Origin: Octopus sinensis
Lineage: Eukaryota
Direction of reading: 5' to 3'
Assembly: GCF_006345805.1 (NCBI RefSeq)
Contig: NC_042998.1
Coordinates: forward strand, 59,272,001-59,336,000
Length of the DNA stretch: 64,000 nt
Below the pieces are notes generated by a model. That model saw nothing but the letters and a program-made list of their open reading frames with translations. It was not told the origin of the DNA and searched no databases. A program made the position numbers and the translations under genes. Below, one piece after another: positions 11,541 through 25,434 of the stretch. The stretch's first letter is position 1; each line of letters opens with the position of its first letter.

Positions 11541-12309
11541 AATTTAGAGAAATGACCACTAATAGTGGACAGCCTGTATGCTAGAAATAGACATCAAACT
11601 CGCCATTTACCACGAAGAACGTGTTCTCAAGAAAAAATTCAGCAAAAAACCAAAGTTTGAAAATAAGCAAGACAAATGAAAATATACGAAATAAAAAAAA
11701 AACCATTACCAACGTACTAATTAGTTTCACTTGTTAATATTTACGTATATGGATACAAGATCGTCAGCGTAGTATGTCGTTTATGAAATACAATTTCTAG
11801 AACTAGATACAGAGCACTCGACCGAAATCCAGCATGTATAAAGCTCCACAAATTATATTTATGCCTATCTTTCAAATGGTTTTAATTGATTAACATCAAT
11901 ATCAACCCTTATTCAATTTTAAATAAAAAAAATGTTCTTTAGCCGGTAAATTAACTGCTGTAGTTTGTTAACTGCAGAGTAAGTTCCGATCTCAGCGAGC
12001 CAAAGTGAAGGCATTTGAAAGATAGACATAAATATAATTGCTGGATTTCGTTCGAGCGCTCTGTATCTAGTTCTAGAAATTGTATTTCGTAAACGACAGA
12101 CTACGCTGACAACCTTGCAGATGTTTGCGTATCCATACACGTAAATATTAACAAGTGAAACTAATTAGAACGTAGGTAATCGTTTTTTATTTGGTATATT
12201 TTCATTTGTCTTGCTTATTTTCAAACTTTGGATTTTGCTGAATTTTTTTTTGATAACACATTCTTCGTGGTAAATGGCTATCCACTATTAGTGGTCATTC
12301 CTCTAAATT
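11541..12309. repeat. Imperfect fold-back repeat (arms 11541-11878 / 12012-12309)
   Basis: aatttagag..gaccactaatagtgga vs tccactattagtggtc..ctctaaatt and long internal matches; related sequence at ~13230-13380. Confidence 0.8.
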
Positions 12310-12360
12310 ATATATATATCAATATATATATATACATTCATACCTATACATATACATACA

Positions 12361-12480
<120 letters not shown>

Positions 12481-12656
12481 TATGTGTGTGTATGTGTGTG
12501 TGTGAGAGAGAGAGAGAGTGAGAGAAAAGAACAATTTAAAATTTGGGGGGATCCAAAAATAGAGAAAATGTGATTTCTAATATGGATTCGTCATATTCAT
12601 GAAAATCAGCCAAAACAGGAAATAGGAATATGAAAATAATATTAGATGAGATTCGT

Positions 12657-13005
12657 TATAGAATATACTATAAACAAATATAAAAAAATGGAGAGTAAAT
12701 GTTGAAACTGAAATGGATTTATTATAAAACTGTATTCGATGCATACGTACGTTTCGAAAAACAACGTAAAAAATTTAAGAAAAAATTTGATTAAAATTAT
12801 AACGGAAAATAATTGAAAATAATTAAATTTTAATTTTTTAATTTTGTACTTTCAATTATAATTTTAATCACTATGATTAAAATTTTTCTTCAATTTTTTT
12901 GCATTGTTTTTCGAAACGTACGTATGCATTGAATACAGTTTTATAATAAATCTATTTCTGTTTCAACATCTTCTCTCCATTTTTTATGCTTGTTTATGGT
13001 ATATT

Positions 13006-13011
<6 letters not shown>
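12657..13011. repeat. Imperfect fold-back repeat (arms ~12657-12802 / 12856-13011)
   Basis: gtattcgatgcatacgtacgtttcgaaaaacaa vs ttgtttttcgaaacgtacgtatgcattgaatac. Confidence 0.8.
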
Positions 13012-13044
<33 letters not shown>

Positions 13045-13429
13045 TATATATATAATATAATATATATATAAGGAAATGAAGAAAATGCTGACAAAATAAT
13101 TTAAGTAATTTAAGTAATTTAATTAGGTGAAAGTTCTTTTTACCGGTTGCGCATTTGTTATGCTTATCAAAAGATATTTTTTTAAGAGAGATAGAGTTCC
13201 TTTCTATATATATACATGTGTATATTTAGGGATAAACCACTAGGTGGATAACCAATATGCTAGAAGAAGATCACATACGATCTAACTAGAAAGAAAAGAA
13301 TGTTCTCCAGAGAAATTCAGCAAACAGCAGAACATAAGCGAGCAAGACAGATGAAAATTATATAAAAATCAAGAATTAGTCGTATACCGGTTCCGTCTAT
13401 TATCGGTAATATCTGTGCGTGTGGTGGAA

Positions 13430-13945
13430 ACTCTATGTGTGTGTATGTGCGAGTGTGGTGTGTGTGGTATTAACTGTTTACAAGTGTATGTGTGAGTGAT
13501 CGATGTCCCTCATTCTCTGTATGTGTGTTTGTTCGTGGGTGCGTGTGGGGATGTCTGTGTATGTGCATGTTAGTGAGTGTGGAAGTGTATGTTTGTGTCT
13601 GTATGTACGTGTGCATGTGTATGCATGTTGTATTGTGTGATGTACGTGTGTACATGCGTACACGGATGTGTGTGAGTGCGTGAGTGTGTGAGCGAGTGTG
13701 TGTGTGTGTGTGACGAGTGTGAAGGTATATATTCTTTCATGTATGTGCGTGTCTGTAAATGTGTGCTGGGCGTGTATATACGTGTGTGTATGTATGTGGG
13801 CATATGTGTATGTGCGTGTATGCATGTATGTGTGGAGTTATGTGTGCGTTCGTGTGTGCGTGTATGTATGCGTGAGAGGGAGAGGGGTATGTGGTGCGTT
13901 GTGGACAGCGTGTGGTGTGTGGTGGGCGGTTTGTGGTGTGTGGTA
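13430..13945. repeat. Degenerate GT-rich low-complexity block
   Basis: Long interrupted (GT)n/(GTGGT)n sequence. Confidence 0.85.
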
Positions 13946-14004
13946 TAGGAATAGGAGATAAAAAGTGAATACAAATATTAAGTAGGAATGGTAATATGAA
14001 AACG

Positions 14005-17000
14005 AATTTTTATTGAATCAAGTTGGTCTACACGAAGTAGAGACTTTACAGAGACGGACAAGATGATGAGGAACAAATGATTAACAACATGAAGTTAAAC
14101 ATATAGTTAAAAATAAATGAAAATTATGAAAATCGAGTGGATTAAAACAGAATGGAGTGAGGGACGCGGCCAACCCCACAAACCACTTACGCATACAGAA
14201 ACTTGGGTTTTTTCCTTTTGTTCTCACTTCAAGTAGGTTCATTCATTCTTAGCATGCTCGCAACAACCTTCCATTTTTTCTCGAATGACAAGCACCTCCT
14301 CTCTAGTCTTCCATACTACATTCTTTACGACAGCCACTACACAGAGGGAGCGAGCCTGCTCTTCCCTGTTCAGAGAAGTCGGCGAAACAATGTTAATTAT
14401 AGACTCAGATGACAGTTGTACACTTCCGAGTCGTGACAGCGGTTGCCCGACATAAGACCATAGTTCCGACATTTTCAGACACTGTCCAATTGCGTGCAGA
14501 ACAGTTTCACTGTTCTGCTCGCATCTTGAGCATGTTGGTGTGGATGAAGAACCATGCCTGTAGAGTTTATCCCGAACAGGCAAGGTTCCTCGGTAACATT
14601 GTCATGCTAGGGACATCTGGAAATTATCTGTAGGCCCTTGTACAGGATGGCATGTTAACTGTCATTGAAGCCTAGGGTTTCTCCTCGGACGTCGTCACAA
14701 TTCAACTCTACCAATCCTCTATAAAACGACAAGATGCCTGCCTGGGAGGGGATCAAAAGTACCTGAATCTTCTTGCCAAGCACCCAACTTCGGTCTACGC
14801 TTAATCCATAGGTTCAGTTCACTAAAAGAGGTGAACCGCGGAAACAACGGTCTGACGAACGGAGACCACACCTGCTAACTGTCCAGGTAGAGCCAAAGAT
14901 ACCTAGCCCAAGTGCATTCCTGCAATTTTTAGCCATGGTATCCCCAGCCTATATTTCAGCGGTTGTTGGCAGGAAATATAGCGTGCGGAAGAGCATGCGT
15001 TCCAAGTTGTTCAGCCACGGACAAGGCACGAAAGTCAGACGGTAGGTAATTACAGATGCGATAAACACACCTACAACCTTTACCCTCCCTTTCAGGGATA
15101 GGTTCCGCTCAGATCAGGTCTGAGTTAGGAGAGCCACCATGCTTACTGCCTCACTCCAGTTCTTCTCTATCTGGCGATCCGCACCAAACCAGACTCCTAG
15201 CATTTTAGCCGGTCCGTCTGTACAACGTCCCACGATGTTGTTGGGCGGCATCGACTTGCTTCTCCAGGTGCCGACTTGCAAGCCAACCGTCTTATTCCGG
15301 TTATTTTTTGCTCCTGCCACCGCTTCGTCATCCGTTATTGCCTTACCTCCTCACAGTAGGTGTTCAACCCGGGATACCATGACGGAGTTATCGTCCGCAT
15401 ACGCCGAAACCGATTTTCCACACCCTAGATCTCGCGGGATGCATCTCAAAGCCTTCAGCTTCCTCAGCAATAGCTCGAAGACCAAAAAATACAGAAGGGG
15501 AAAGAGAGGATACCCTTGCTGTACCGAACGCTCAACGCAGAACGGTTCCGAAAAGAAACTGTTCACCCGAACGTTCGAATCGATGTTGTTATATAAAGCA
15601 GTGATCATCCCACGGAAGATCGGGCCCCTGGCCGCCGCAAGGACCGACCCCAGATACTGATGGTCAACCCTATCACACGCTTTAGATTTGTCTAAATGGA
15701 ACATAGCCCCACCCTCACCAGGAATTGTATTCACCCTCTCTAAGGTGTATCGGATAAGATGGAGATTGTTATGAATCGACCTCTCCAAGGATGTCGCAGA
15801 TTTGCACCTCCCCAACAAGTATACCCACGACCGGCGCCAACCCTTTTGCTAACACCTTGGCCAAAATCCTCAGCTCCTCGTTAAGCAGTGATGGGCCGAA
15901 AATTACCAATTACATCCCCCTTATTTACATTATTTACATTCGAAGGATATTTGTCCTCATGTTGTTTGTTGTTAACACAACGTTTCGGCTGATATACCCT
16001 CATCCGCATCTGGACCTGTGATTGGCTTTGCACAGTATTCCGCTTCTCGCCCCGAGAAACGCAGCATACCGGTGAGGAAGTCTGTGAGGTCCTCCCTACG
16101 TTCCGCCCCGCCTGCCCTCCCGAAAAGGTGGGCGAAATGCTCATGAAAACCTTCCACATCTCAAAGGGTTCGTTTACTGAACGCTCATGCTGGTCCGTCA
16201 AAAACCTTATAGCTGCATTATTGCCGCGTTGGATCTCTACCACTCGGGCTCATCCGGCGATGTTGATTCTCTCTTGTCCCATTGCACGTAACTTAGCCCT
16301 GACAATGCACCCTTCGTGTTAGCTTTGAGATGTTGGTCGAGCGCCAACCTCACAGTTGAAATTCTGCATGCAGAGCTTGAACACATTGCCTTTTTAGAGC
16401 CTTAACTACAGACCTTTCTATTAAATTTCCATTACTAACTAGCTCTTTATTAAATCTAATTGTCTCCAAATTTAATGGCTTTTTGAGGGCATACCACCAA
16501 TTGTTGTTAGTAAAGGTACTTGATAATGCCCTCGTTACTAACTGTCTAATACGGTTTCTGTAGACTTCACAGACTAAAAGTGATCGGTTTAGCTTCCAGT
16601 AAGCGGGTCCCTGCCTACACATACTATCTACATCAAACCTACAGGTTACACATTTGTGATCACTGTAGTTGACAATATGATGTTGTGGACCACTATCTAT
16701 GTTCTTTAACAATAACTCTCTTTAATTTTAACAATAATCCTATATAGATAAGGTCTGGAATACCCATCGTTATTCACCCATGTCCACAATGGAACGTTTG
16801 GGTGATCCAGTCTGCATCGGTCTGCCAACTGAACACGATTTAGCAGACCGCTGAGGCAAATGTTTCCCTCCAATTGGGTTCGAGCCAACATAATCTATGC
16901 GTGCATCGCAGATTGTGTTAAAGTCTACTAACAACAATAAAGTGTGTGACGTTCCTAGAAAATTCTGTAGGCTTCTGAAATAGTCAGATTGCCCAGCTCC

Positions 17001-17890
17001 ACAAGGAGCATAGGCAGCCACCAACATGAAGGACTTATCACTATTGTACGTCACATATAAAGCGAGCAACATGCCCCAACCCCAGGTCTACAAAGACAGT
17101 TCTCACCTCTAAATCCAGATTTTTCCCAGAACTGCGACCCCCCACTTCCCTCCAGATTGGCTTGGAAAAATGTACTTCTTGGAGCCATTTAGGAGTTGGT
17201 GGTTTCAATAGTGACTATTAAATCCAATCTCTGCGACCTGACGTCTTCAAAGAGGCAGCTTTGCTGCCAATCCGACCCCAGGCAACATATATTTATACAA
17301 CCTACATTGAGCAAATGCATAAGAAAATCTGTACTAATCTATTTTCTTTTCTTGATTTTTTTATTCTTTGAGGAGGGGTGCATGTACTTCCTCTTCTTCC
17401 ATAATGTCATGTGGTGTGGTTTGAGGGCTGTTCCCTCTAAACTGGTTGTACAGCTGAGCAGGGAAGCTTTTCTGGAGAGGCCAATGTCTTCGGGGTATTT
17501 CATTTTTAATTTGCGGTATGTTATATTGTGCATGTAAAAAATGTATACATTTGATGGAATGTTGGGGTTGTTTGATGCGTTGTACGGCTTGGTGTGAGGG
17601 ATTTAAAAAAATTTGTCCATGAGTTCCATGTTATTGACATTTATTGCGGTTAGATTTATTATTGCTTTGAGTGGTTGTGGGAGGGGAGTTTGGGGTTCCT
17701 GTGTTCTTGTGGTGGGTGAGTGTGAGTTTGTATCTGTGTGGAGTGAGAGGAAATATTTCCTCTTTCTGCTTTTTGGGATAGCTATAATTTGCCAGTGTTG
17801 TTCTGTGGTGGTAGGTTGGGTGGAGGTCGGGTAGCGGTTAGTCGAGTGGTGGTGGATTGCTTTTCGGCTAGTCTCTCCGGCTCCTTCCTT
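14005..17890 (-). mobile_element. Decayed L1/Tx1-clade LINE (ORF2: APE endonuclease, RT, zf-RVT; ORF1 largely missing)
   Basis: Fragments GLGSDWQQSCLFEDV..ET, LVAAYAP..DFN, SDHK..GPAYWKLN, GNFRPIT, LDKSKACDRVDH, SVQQGYPLFPLLY, AYADD, CSRCEQNSETVLHA; many stops and frameshifts; AATAAA on minus at 14009-14014. Confidence 0.88.
15921..16001 (-). mobile_element. 3' fragment of the hammerhead-SINE body inserted in the Tx1 RT region
   Basis: tacattatttacatt..ggatatttgtcctcat..aacacaacgtttcggctgatatacc matches ~3222-3295 and interrupts L1 between TGPD and KGDVIGNFRP. Confidence 0.8.
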
Positions 17891-17902
17891 GGGAGGTAGG
17901 TG

Positions 17903-17944
<42 letters not shown>

Positions 17945-17962
17945 GTATATAATATATATTAT

Positions 17963-17998
<36 letters not shown>

Positions 17999-18057
17999 CT
18001 ATATATATTATATACACACATATATATATATATGTATATGTATATAATATATATTAT

Positions 18058-18093
<36 letters not shown>

Positions 18094-18164
18094 CTATATA
18101 TATTATATACACACATATATATATATTATGTACATACATACATACATACAGACATATATATATA

Positions 18165-18196
<32 letters not shown>

Positions 18197-19118
18197 CATG
18201 TATGTGTGTATCTATGAAAATTTACATTTTTACATATACGTAAGTAGATATAAATACACACAATGGTCACACGTACACACACAGACATATCCAATGCCTA
18301 TCCAATGCCGTCCCAGGAATACCAACACTAATTTCGAGTTCGACAATGGGTCTTGTATGCCAATGTTTTGGAGGGACTGTATTTGAATATTTGGAAATTT
18401 GTTTTTGGAATAGGAAGAAGACGGTAAGATGCTAATGAAATTGCTATGCCTTTTTCTTTTTGTAGCATTCCGTAATTTGTTCCCGAATGATCTTAATCAT
18501 TATGCAAAAGTAATTACACCAGAGTTGATATCATGTATTAATTTGGTCACTACATATGGTGAGTCATACATAAATACATTGATAAAATATTAAAAAAATC
18601 ATTGAAGTGTTTTCGCCGGGTATGCAAAACTGAAACACATTGCAGGCTGTCACTAATACTAAGACGATCGAGGGTTGATTTAAGATGAACAGATATGATC
18701 GAATCATTATACTTCAATGACTAACATCCTCTGGTGATGGAATATTGAGTTACATGGCATGGTGCGAAATAGCGTGGGTATATCAAAGCACTTGATCTAC
18801 AAGGAGATTAAAGGCAAGCATTTGATCAATGAATCTGACATTTTCACGATTACTGCTGTGTCACAAGCAGTGCAAGCCAGCAAAACGAACAGGTATCATA
18901 GTTTGTATTCTGTTCTACTTTCCTGATTCATGATTTTCAATGTAAGGATATGATGTAAAAAATATACATTTTATTTATTAAAATAATAAAACTGCATAGT
19001 CAGAACATCGGTATGTTCACAACCAACCCCCTACCTGTATAATCACACATTCAAACATGCTTCCATGCTTACACACACATGTATACACATAAGTGTGTAT
19101 ATATACATGCTTACATAT

Positions 19119-19182
<64 letters not shown>

Positions 19183-19533
19183 AAAACATATACACATATG
19201 TACACGTATGAATATACATGCATGGTACGTAAGGTATTTAAGGACATACCTTTTTCGGGTCATTGCTGCATATTTTTTCTAAATCCGTATAATCTTTGTT
19301 TCAGAAAATAATGGCAAACCCTCAGCTTATTCAAGAAACAAATAAGCATGATGTTATTGTGGTTATTGTGGTTATAAAGGCTTAGCACAGAGATTTAGAA
19401 ATATCTCGAGTTTTAAATTTGCCAGATCTTTCCCCTACAATGTTTTCTAGGAGCTAGAGAGTGATGAACATAAGTGGACATATTTCATTACTATTTGTGA
19501 TTTAAATGTGTATGTGTGTGCGTGCCTGCGCAT

Positions 19534-19790
19534 TCTTTTACTTGTTTCAGTCATTTGACTGCGGTCATGCGGGAACACAACCTGAAAGGGTTTTAGTTGA
19601 AGAAATCAACCCCAGGACTTATTTTCTGTTAGCCTATTACTTATTATATCGGTCTCTTTTGTCGAACCGCTAAGTTACGGAGACGTGACTCATCAACATC
19701 GGTTATCAAGTGATGCTGGTGGTGGTGGTGGTGGGGCCAACACAGACATAAAGACACGGACACACACGCACACACACACACACACATATA
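19534..19790 (-). mobile_element. 3' half of tRNA/CORE-type SINE (same family as 31650)
   Basis: tcttttacttgtttcagtcatttgactgcgg..gaaccgctaagttacgg is the reverse complement of the 3' part of 31650-32040. Confidence 0.8.
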
Positions 19791-20469
19791 TATATATTGT
19801 TAAAGAACGAAAAATTATCCAACAACTCGGGCTAATACGAATGAGCCTGGTAGGTGTAAAAGACTAACTGGTATCTCTTATCAAGTATAGAGACGACAGT
19901 CAGATCGCCGATGTTTGTTGTGGACTCAACTGGCACTATTTGATTGCTGTTATTTTATGCATCTGTGTGTAAAGATCAGTTGTGTTTTGCAGGGTTGCTT
20001 TAATTTTGTCCCTAAATTAGAAATGGAGAAAGATATAGTGCTAGATACAAAAAAAAAAAAGCCATTTGTGACTAGAAATAAAGCGGAAAAAGGTGAAATT
20101 CTTCGAGCAGGCATGTGTCTTATGCGAAATTTGTGATGAGTCCGAGTGATGCTGATGACATGGAGACGCCGTTTACACGCACATACACACACACATATAT
20201 ATCGCTCTCTTTCGCTCTTACTCTCTCTCTCTCTCTATGTACATGTATATATATATTTCTATTAGGCCGCGTGTAATATCACTTTTAGGATTACTTTTAT
20301 GTTTTCCCACTTCCCTCACTTTTGTAATTTGACTATTCACATGGACAAACACATACACATCAAGCATACACTTGCATAGCTATATGTAATAATATTGATA
20401 ACAACTTAAACAGCTGCCTCTTCTTTATTCGCATTTGGTGAATGTAGATCTGACCAAGAGGAACTGATG

Positions 20470-20683
20470 TTAATTTGCAAGTTGCTAACTACTATGTTTG
20501 GAGCGCTGTTGAAAGGAGGAGACTAATCGATATTTTCGCAATACAGTTTTTTTTTTTCAGTGAAGACTGCCATTGTCAAGTTGATGTCCGAAATGAATCT
20601 AGATTATTTAGTGCAGATATGTGAACGATTCTGGTCCCCGCATGGAAGTAGTCATCGAAGCCGATGGCGGATTCTTAGAGTAA
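20470..20683 (+). pseudogene. Tc1/mariner transposase C-terminal fragment
   Basis: YYVWSAVER...VKTAIVKLMSEM...CERFWS.RMEVVIEADGGFLE* across frameshifts. Confidence 0.75.
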
Positions 20684-20842
20684 TGTTATACGAGAGCGGA
20701 TATAGAACATGCACACATTTTTATTAAAGCAAATTAGATTTTTGTTGGATTAGAGATGTCTTATTAAGTCACTAAATACTTATTAAGTTACTAATTCAAG
20801 TCAAGGTAGAAAATGCTAACATGATTTTATAAAAAAACATTT

Positions 20843-20878
20843 CAGTACCGGTTTCAGTCATTGAGACTTTTTCAACTG
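20843..20878 (-). ncRNA. Minimal hammerhead variant with U3-A8 core
   Basis: CAG-UUGAAAA-AGUC-UCAAU-GACU-GAA-AC-CG-GU-A-CUG. Confidence 0.6.
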
Positions 20879-21059
20879 TAAGTATGGGAAACAATTAAAT
20901 TTTGGAAAAGTTAAAAGAAAAGTTTTTTAAAGAATATTTGCATAGTGTTCAAATACAAGTGGCATTTTCCTTGTTACTGCCTGTTTCTGTCTCTCTCTCG
21001 TTTATCGAACTTACTAAGTTACTAAATACTTATTAAATGGTGTGCCTTTTGTGCATGTG

Positions 21060-21515
21060 TGTACATATATAAATCCATACATACAAACCCACGGTATGGT
21101 AGAAGCCATAGCCACTCATAATAAGGAGTACTGGTGGAATGTCCCTGTGCAAACCTCAATAAAATGTAAACACAATAGACCTGATATAATGATTTGGGAT
21201 AGAGAAGGGAAACTGTGTATAGTTGCGGAAGTCAGCTGTCCAATGTATGTCAACATAAAGCTGAAGGTCAGTGAAATAGAGGATACCTACGCTGAAGTAT
21301 TGAGAAATTTGCAGTTATTCTATCCAGATTACAAGTTTAGGCTTATACCTATAATTATTGGGGCACTGTGATATGTAACACACTGCCTAAATACTAATCT
21401 TGAGAAATTAGGCTTCTCAAAACCAGAAAGGAGAAAGCTGATTCGAAGACCACGGATCCAAGCCATCACTGGAACTGTAAAAATGTGTAATACTTTCCAG
21501 AGGTTTATCATTAAT
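21060..21515 (+). mobile_element. RLE-type non-LTR retrotransposon 3' fragment (restriction-like endonuclease)
   Basis: HNRPDIMIWD..IVAEVSCP..NIKLKVSE..Y..L..LQLFYPDY..IPIIIGAL. Confidence 0.8.
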
Positions 21516-21779
21516 TATATATGAACAAGTCTAGATATGCAAGTATATGCATGAGAAGACATGCATAAAACAAACCATACAAATTTGCATATATCCATAG
21601 AAATAAAAATACCCTGTTGATGTTAACATTCCAATGAAAGAGCTTAGTATCTAGGTTAGAAATCGGCTCTTTCTCTATTGGCAAGAAATCTTGAAATAAA
21701 ACTGAAAATATGCACACATTTGCATACACCTTAATTGCGTAAGATGTACCCTCTATATTTTCTTACGACGTTGAAAGAT

Positions 21780-22130
21780 AGAACCCAGTTCTCCCTCCTC
21801 TTCTCAAACACCTGGTTGGCTACATCCAAAGTAGATTCAACATTTTTTATTGAAAACGCGCTTGGGAACTAGACGATGCAATCGAGAACAAATTCACAAT
21901 TATAAACAAAACATTAGTGTTAGAACCGCTTCTAAGTTTTTACAACATCTACGACAGGGGAAAGTTCGATATGATTGTCTACTCCACTACAATACAAAAG
22001 AAAGAAAGGAATCTAAGTTCATCTCAACTTGCCATCTTTTGATAAAATTCCTACTGATTAACTTCAAATAGAAACCAGTATTTGTTTCTTGAAGAAAACA
22101 ACAAAGTCAGCTGAAAACGTCTAACTCTTT
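21780..22130 (+). pseudogene. Possible decayed PLE GIY-YIG C-terminus
   Basis: TRLGTRR..EQI..FLQHL..ERKESKFI..IN followed by a ttgaaga..gaaaacgtc hammerhead-like remnant; weak. Confidence 0.3.
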
Positions 22131-23059
22131 CAAATATCTTAACTTACATATATTTTCTTTTATTCTACTCTCACTAATGACTATGATTGACTTTACATTC
22201 AACCGCACAAAACCTTTAGGTCTGATGAAATAATTATATTTACCTAAACACACATATACATCTGTGCATGCGTATAGGTGTGTATGTCTATGTCTATTTT
22301 GCAAATTTTTGTTGCTTATGTACATATTTTGTAAGTATTTTCTCAATATTTGAAGAGACACTAGAAGGATAGAAAGAAAATTCAGTTATTGAAATTCCTA
22401 ATGGAAATTGGAAAAAAAAAAGTATCTTTAATGGAAAACCGAGAAATGAAAATACTATAATAAAAGCAACAATAAAAGCATCACAAATCTCGCTGAAACA
22501 AAGAATATTTCAAATGTATTGAATTCAAAGGACACTGCAAAAAAGTGGTACGCCAATAGTATTACAATAATCTAGTTACAGCAGGAAAGAACGACAATAA
22601 AATAATAGAAATAAAATAAACAAATAGTGAAAATATGCATGGAACACATTTTTATCAGAGTGGCTAGAACTCCCCAAAGAGTCCGAGTGGTTGCTATACT
22701 TTTTGTTTTATCAACAGTATCAATTCAAAAGTTATTAATATTAGCTACAATATGTTAGACAAGTCATAACTTGATGAGTATCTAGAACAAAAACATAATA
22801 CTTGATTTGCGCTTCAACTCTGCATCACATTGCATCACAGTTTATTAAAATACGTGTTTATAATGAATATTATCGCTTGGATTGGTATACATAGTTAGAC
22901 CGTATTTATTGAGACTTTATGTTGTGAGATCATATTCCGCCCAAGATCATAATCATCACAAGGTCGAAAATTTATGTACCAGTCGAATACTGGACTCAGC
23001 CGAGTCAACTACTACCCACCATTCAAACGTTTTGACATTGTGTCTAAATCAGAAAACAT

Positions 23060-23453
23060 TATTATTCAGTAGTGTTATTTTTATCACGTGCTTTCACTGC
23101 ACTACCTCGCGCAGCTCTGTGTGCCTGTGGTTTCTTGTGGTGCTCATACTTTCAGTGATTTATGTAGGATATGCGCGGTGCATAGTAGTGCTATTTTCTG
23201 TATGTTATATACATTCGTGAGTCCTGAGGTTTTATTTGTATGAGTCTGAATGATTTTAATCATATCTAATGCACCTAATATTATAGGGAGTATTTTTAAG
23301 CTCTACATTCGTGTTACAAGATCTTTGTATTTTGAAAGTTTCTCCGTTTCCTTTACAAATAATTTGTCATTTGTTGGTATTAATACATCGATTAGAAGGT
23401 ATTTTTTCTTGGGATCTCTGACAACTATATCCTTTTTATTAGCCTCGAATTCT

Positions 23454-23501
<48 letters not shown>

Positions 23502-24203
23502 ATATATATATATTGGCATATCCCACGGTATGATTGCTTTGTCACTTTTGAGACCTTTTCTGAGGTGTGTCTATGCCATCTTTGTCTGTTGTTATTCCAT
23601 ATTGTTGCACTTGCTTCCAATGTATATAGGTCCGAACTCTGTCATATTTGTGAATATATTCCTTCTTAGCCAAGACTGGGCAGCCAAAGACAATATCATT
23701 TATTGTTTCTTCCCTTCACCACATATTCTACATTTATTTGTTTGTTTTTTTCATGTGTTTTTGGACATTTCTTGTGGGAAGCCGTTAATTTTCTGCATTA
23801 ATGAAAAATCCTTCAATCTCTGCTTTGAGTCCCAAGCCTGTCATCCATTGTTATGAGTTTAGTTTGTTTACTTCTTTTCTGTTTAGGTTATCCCAGTATT
23901 TACCATAGAAGAGCTTGTCTTGCCATCCTTCTATCATGTACTTTGTTGTTCCAGTTTTAGTTTGGATTTCAGTTCTTTTACAACTTTTGTTGTTTCTTTC
24001 TGTCTTCATAGTTGCTAGGTACTATTACTTTTTTCTTGTATATTTCAGTTTCTTTACAGACGAAAAACAACTTTCTTGTTTTGTTCGCGTTTTGTGGCTA
24101 TTTGAACTAGTTTTCTCTGTTTCTGAAACAGGCAATTCTATAATCCTATGGTGGTTATTTTATAATAGTTCTCTAGCTTTATAAGACCTCTAAAACCTAA
24201 AAT

Positions 24204-24275
<72 letters not shown>

Positions 24276-24550
24276 TCTGTGTCAGATATTGAGTGGTGGG
24301 TCCTAAATTTAGACATTATTTTTCTTGTTTTCCTGTCTAGCTTGGCTACTTCAGTTAGAGTCCAATTAAGAATATTGTAAATGTAATTTATATTTTGGAC
24401 GGCTAGAGTGTTCATACTTATTATCTTGTTTCTCGGATAGGGTTCTATTTTAAATATTAATCTAACTCGCCTTTATTATTCCTTTCTAATCTTCTTTCAT
24501 TTTTGTGTGTTTTGCTGTATCTAATTCATTGATTCCTAAGTATCTGTATG
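23060..24550 (-). mobile_element. 5'-truncated R4/Dong-like LINE
   Basis: NTLAVQ..YNILNWTLTEVAKLDRKTRK..HH, downstream CCHC/RLE remnants and 3' UTR matching 41830-41930; interrupted by microsatellites. Confidence 0.8.
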
Positions 24551-24692
24551 TCTGGCTTATTATTATTATTCAGTAGTATATTTTTTATATCGTGCTTTCA
24601 CTTCACTACCGAGCACAGCTCTGTGTGCCTTGGGTATGTGCTGTGATTTGTTGTGATGCTCTGATGGTTATTGTATGGAAAGTGTATGGAAA

Positions 24693-24738
<46 letters not shown>

Positions 24739-25100
24739 GTTGTTGTTGTTGTTGTTGTTGTTGTTATTATTATATTATTATTATTATTGCTGTTGTTGTT
24801 ATTATTATTATTATTTTTATTATTATTACTATATTATATTATTATTATTTTATTATTATATTATTATTATTATTATTATTATTATCATCATTCAGTAGTT
24901 TTATTTTTATAGCGTGCATTGACTTCACTACCGAGCGCAGGTCTGTGTGCCTTTGATATGTGCTGTGATTTTTTGTGATGCTCTGATGGTTACTGTATTG
25001 AAAGTGTTTTGCGTAGGATGTGTGCAGTGCCCAGTAGTGCAATTTTCTGTATGTTATATATATTTGTAAGTCCTGGTGTTTTTGTTATGTATTTGTCTGA

Positions 25101-25105
<5 letters not shown>
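24551..25105 (-). mobile_element. Two further Dong-like 3' ends (24565-24695, 24885-25105) with (TAA)n tails
   Basis: Shared 3' UTR cttcactaccgagc..ctgtgtgcc; TPGLTNIYNIQKIALLGTAHILRKTLSIQ. Confidence 0.8.
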
Positions 25106-25177
<72 letters not shown>

Positions 25178-25262
25178 TGATAATAATTATTATTATTATC
25201 ATTATAATAACAACAACAACAACAACAATAATAATAATAATGTCAACAACAACAACAACAAA

Positions 25263-25427
<165 letters not shown>

Positions 25428-25434
25428 AAGAACA

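Noticed and set aside
15139-15660. 173-aa plus-strand ORF
   Set aside because: It is the antisense shadow of the Tx1 RT
22218-22250. aggt-CUGAUGA-stem-acct
   Set aside because: The GAAAC/GUH half is missing
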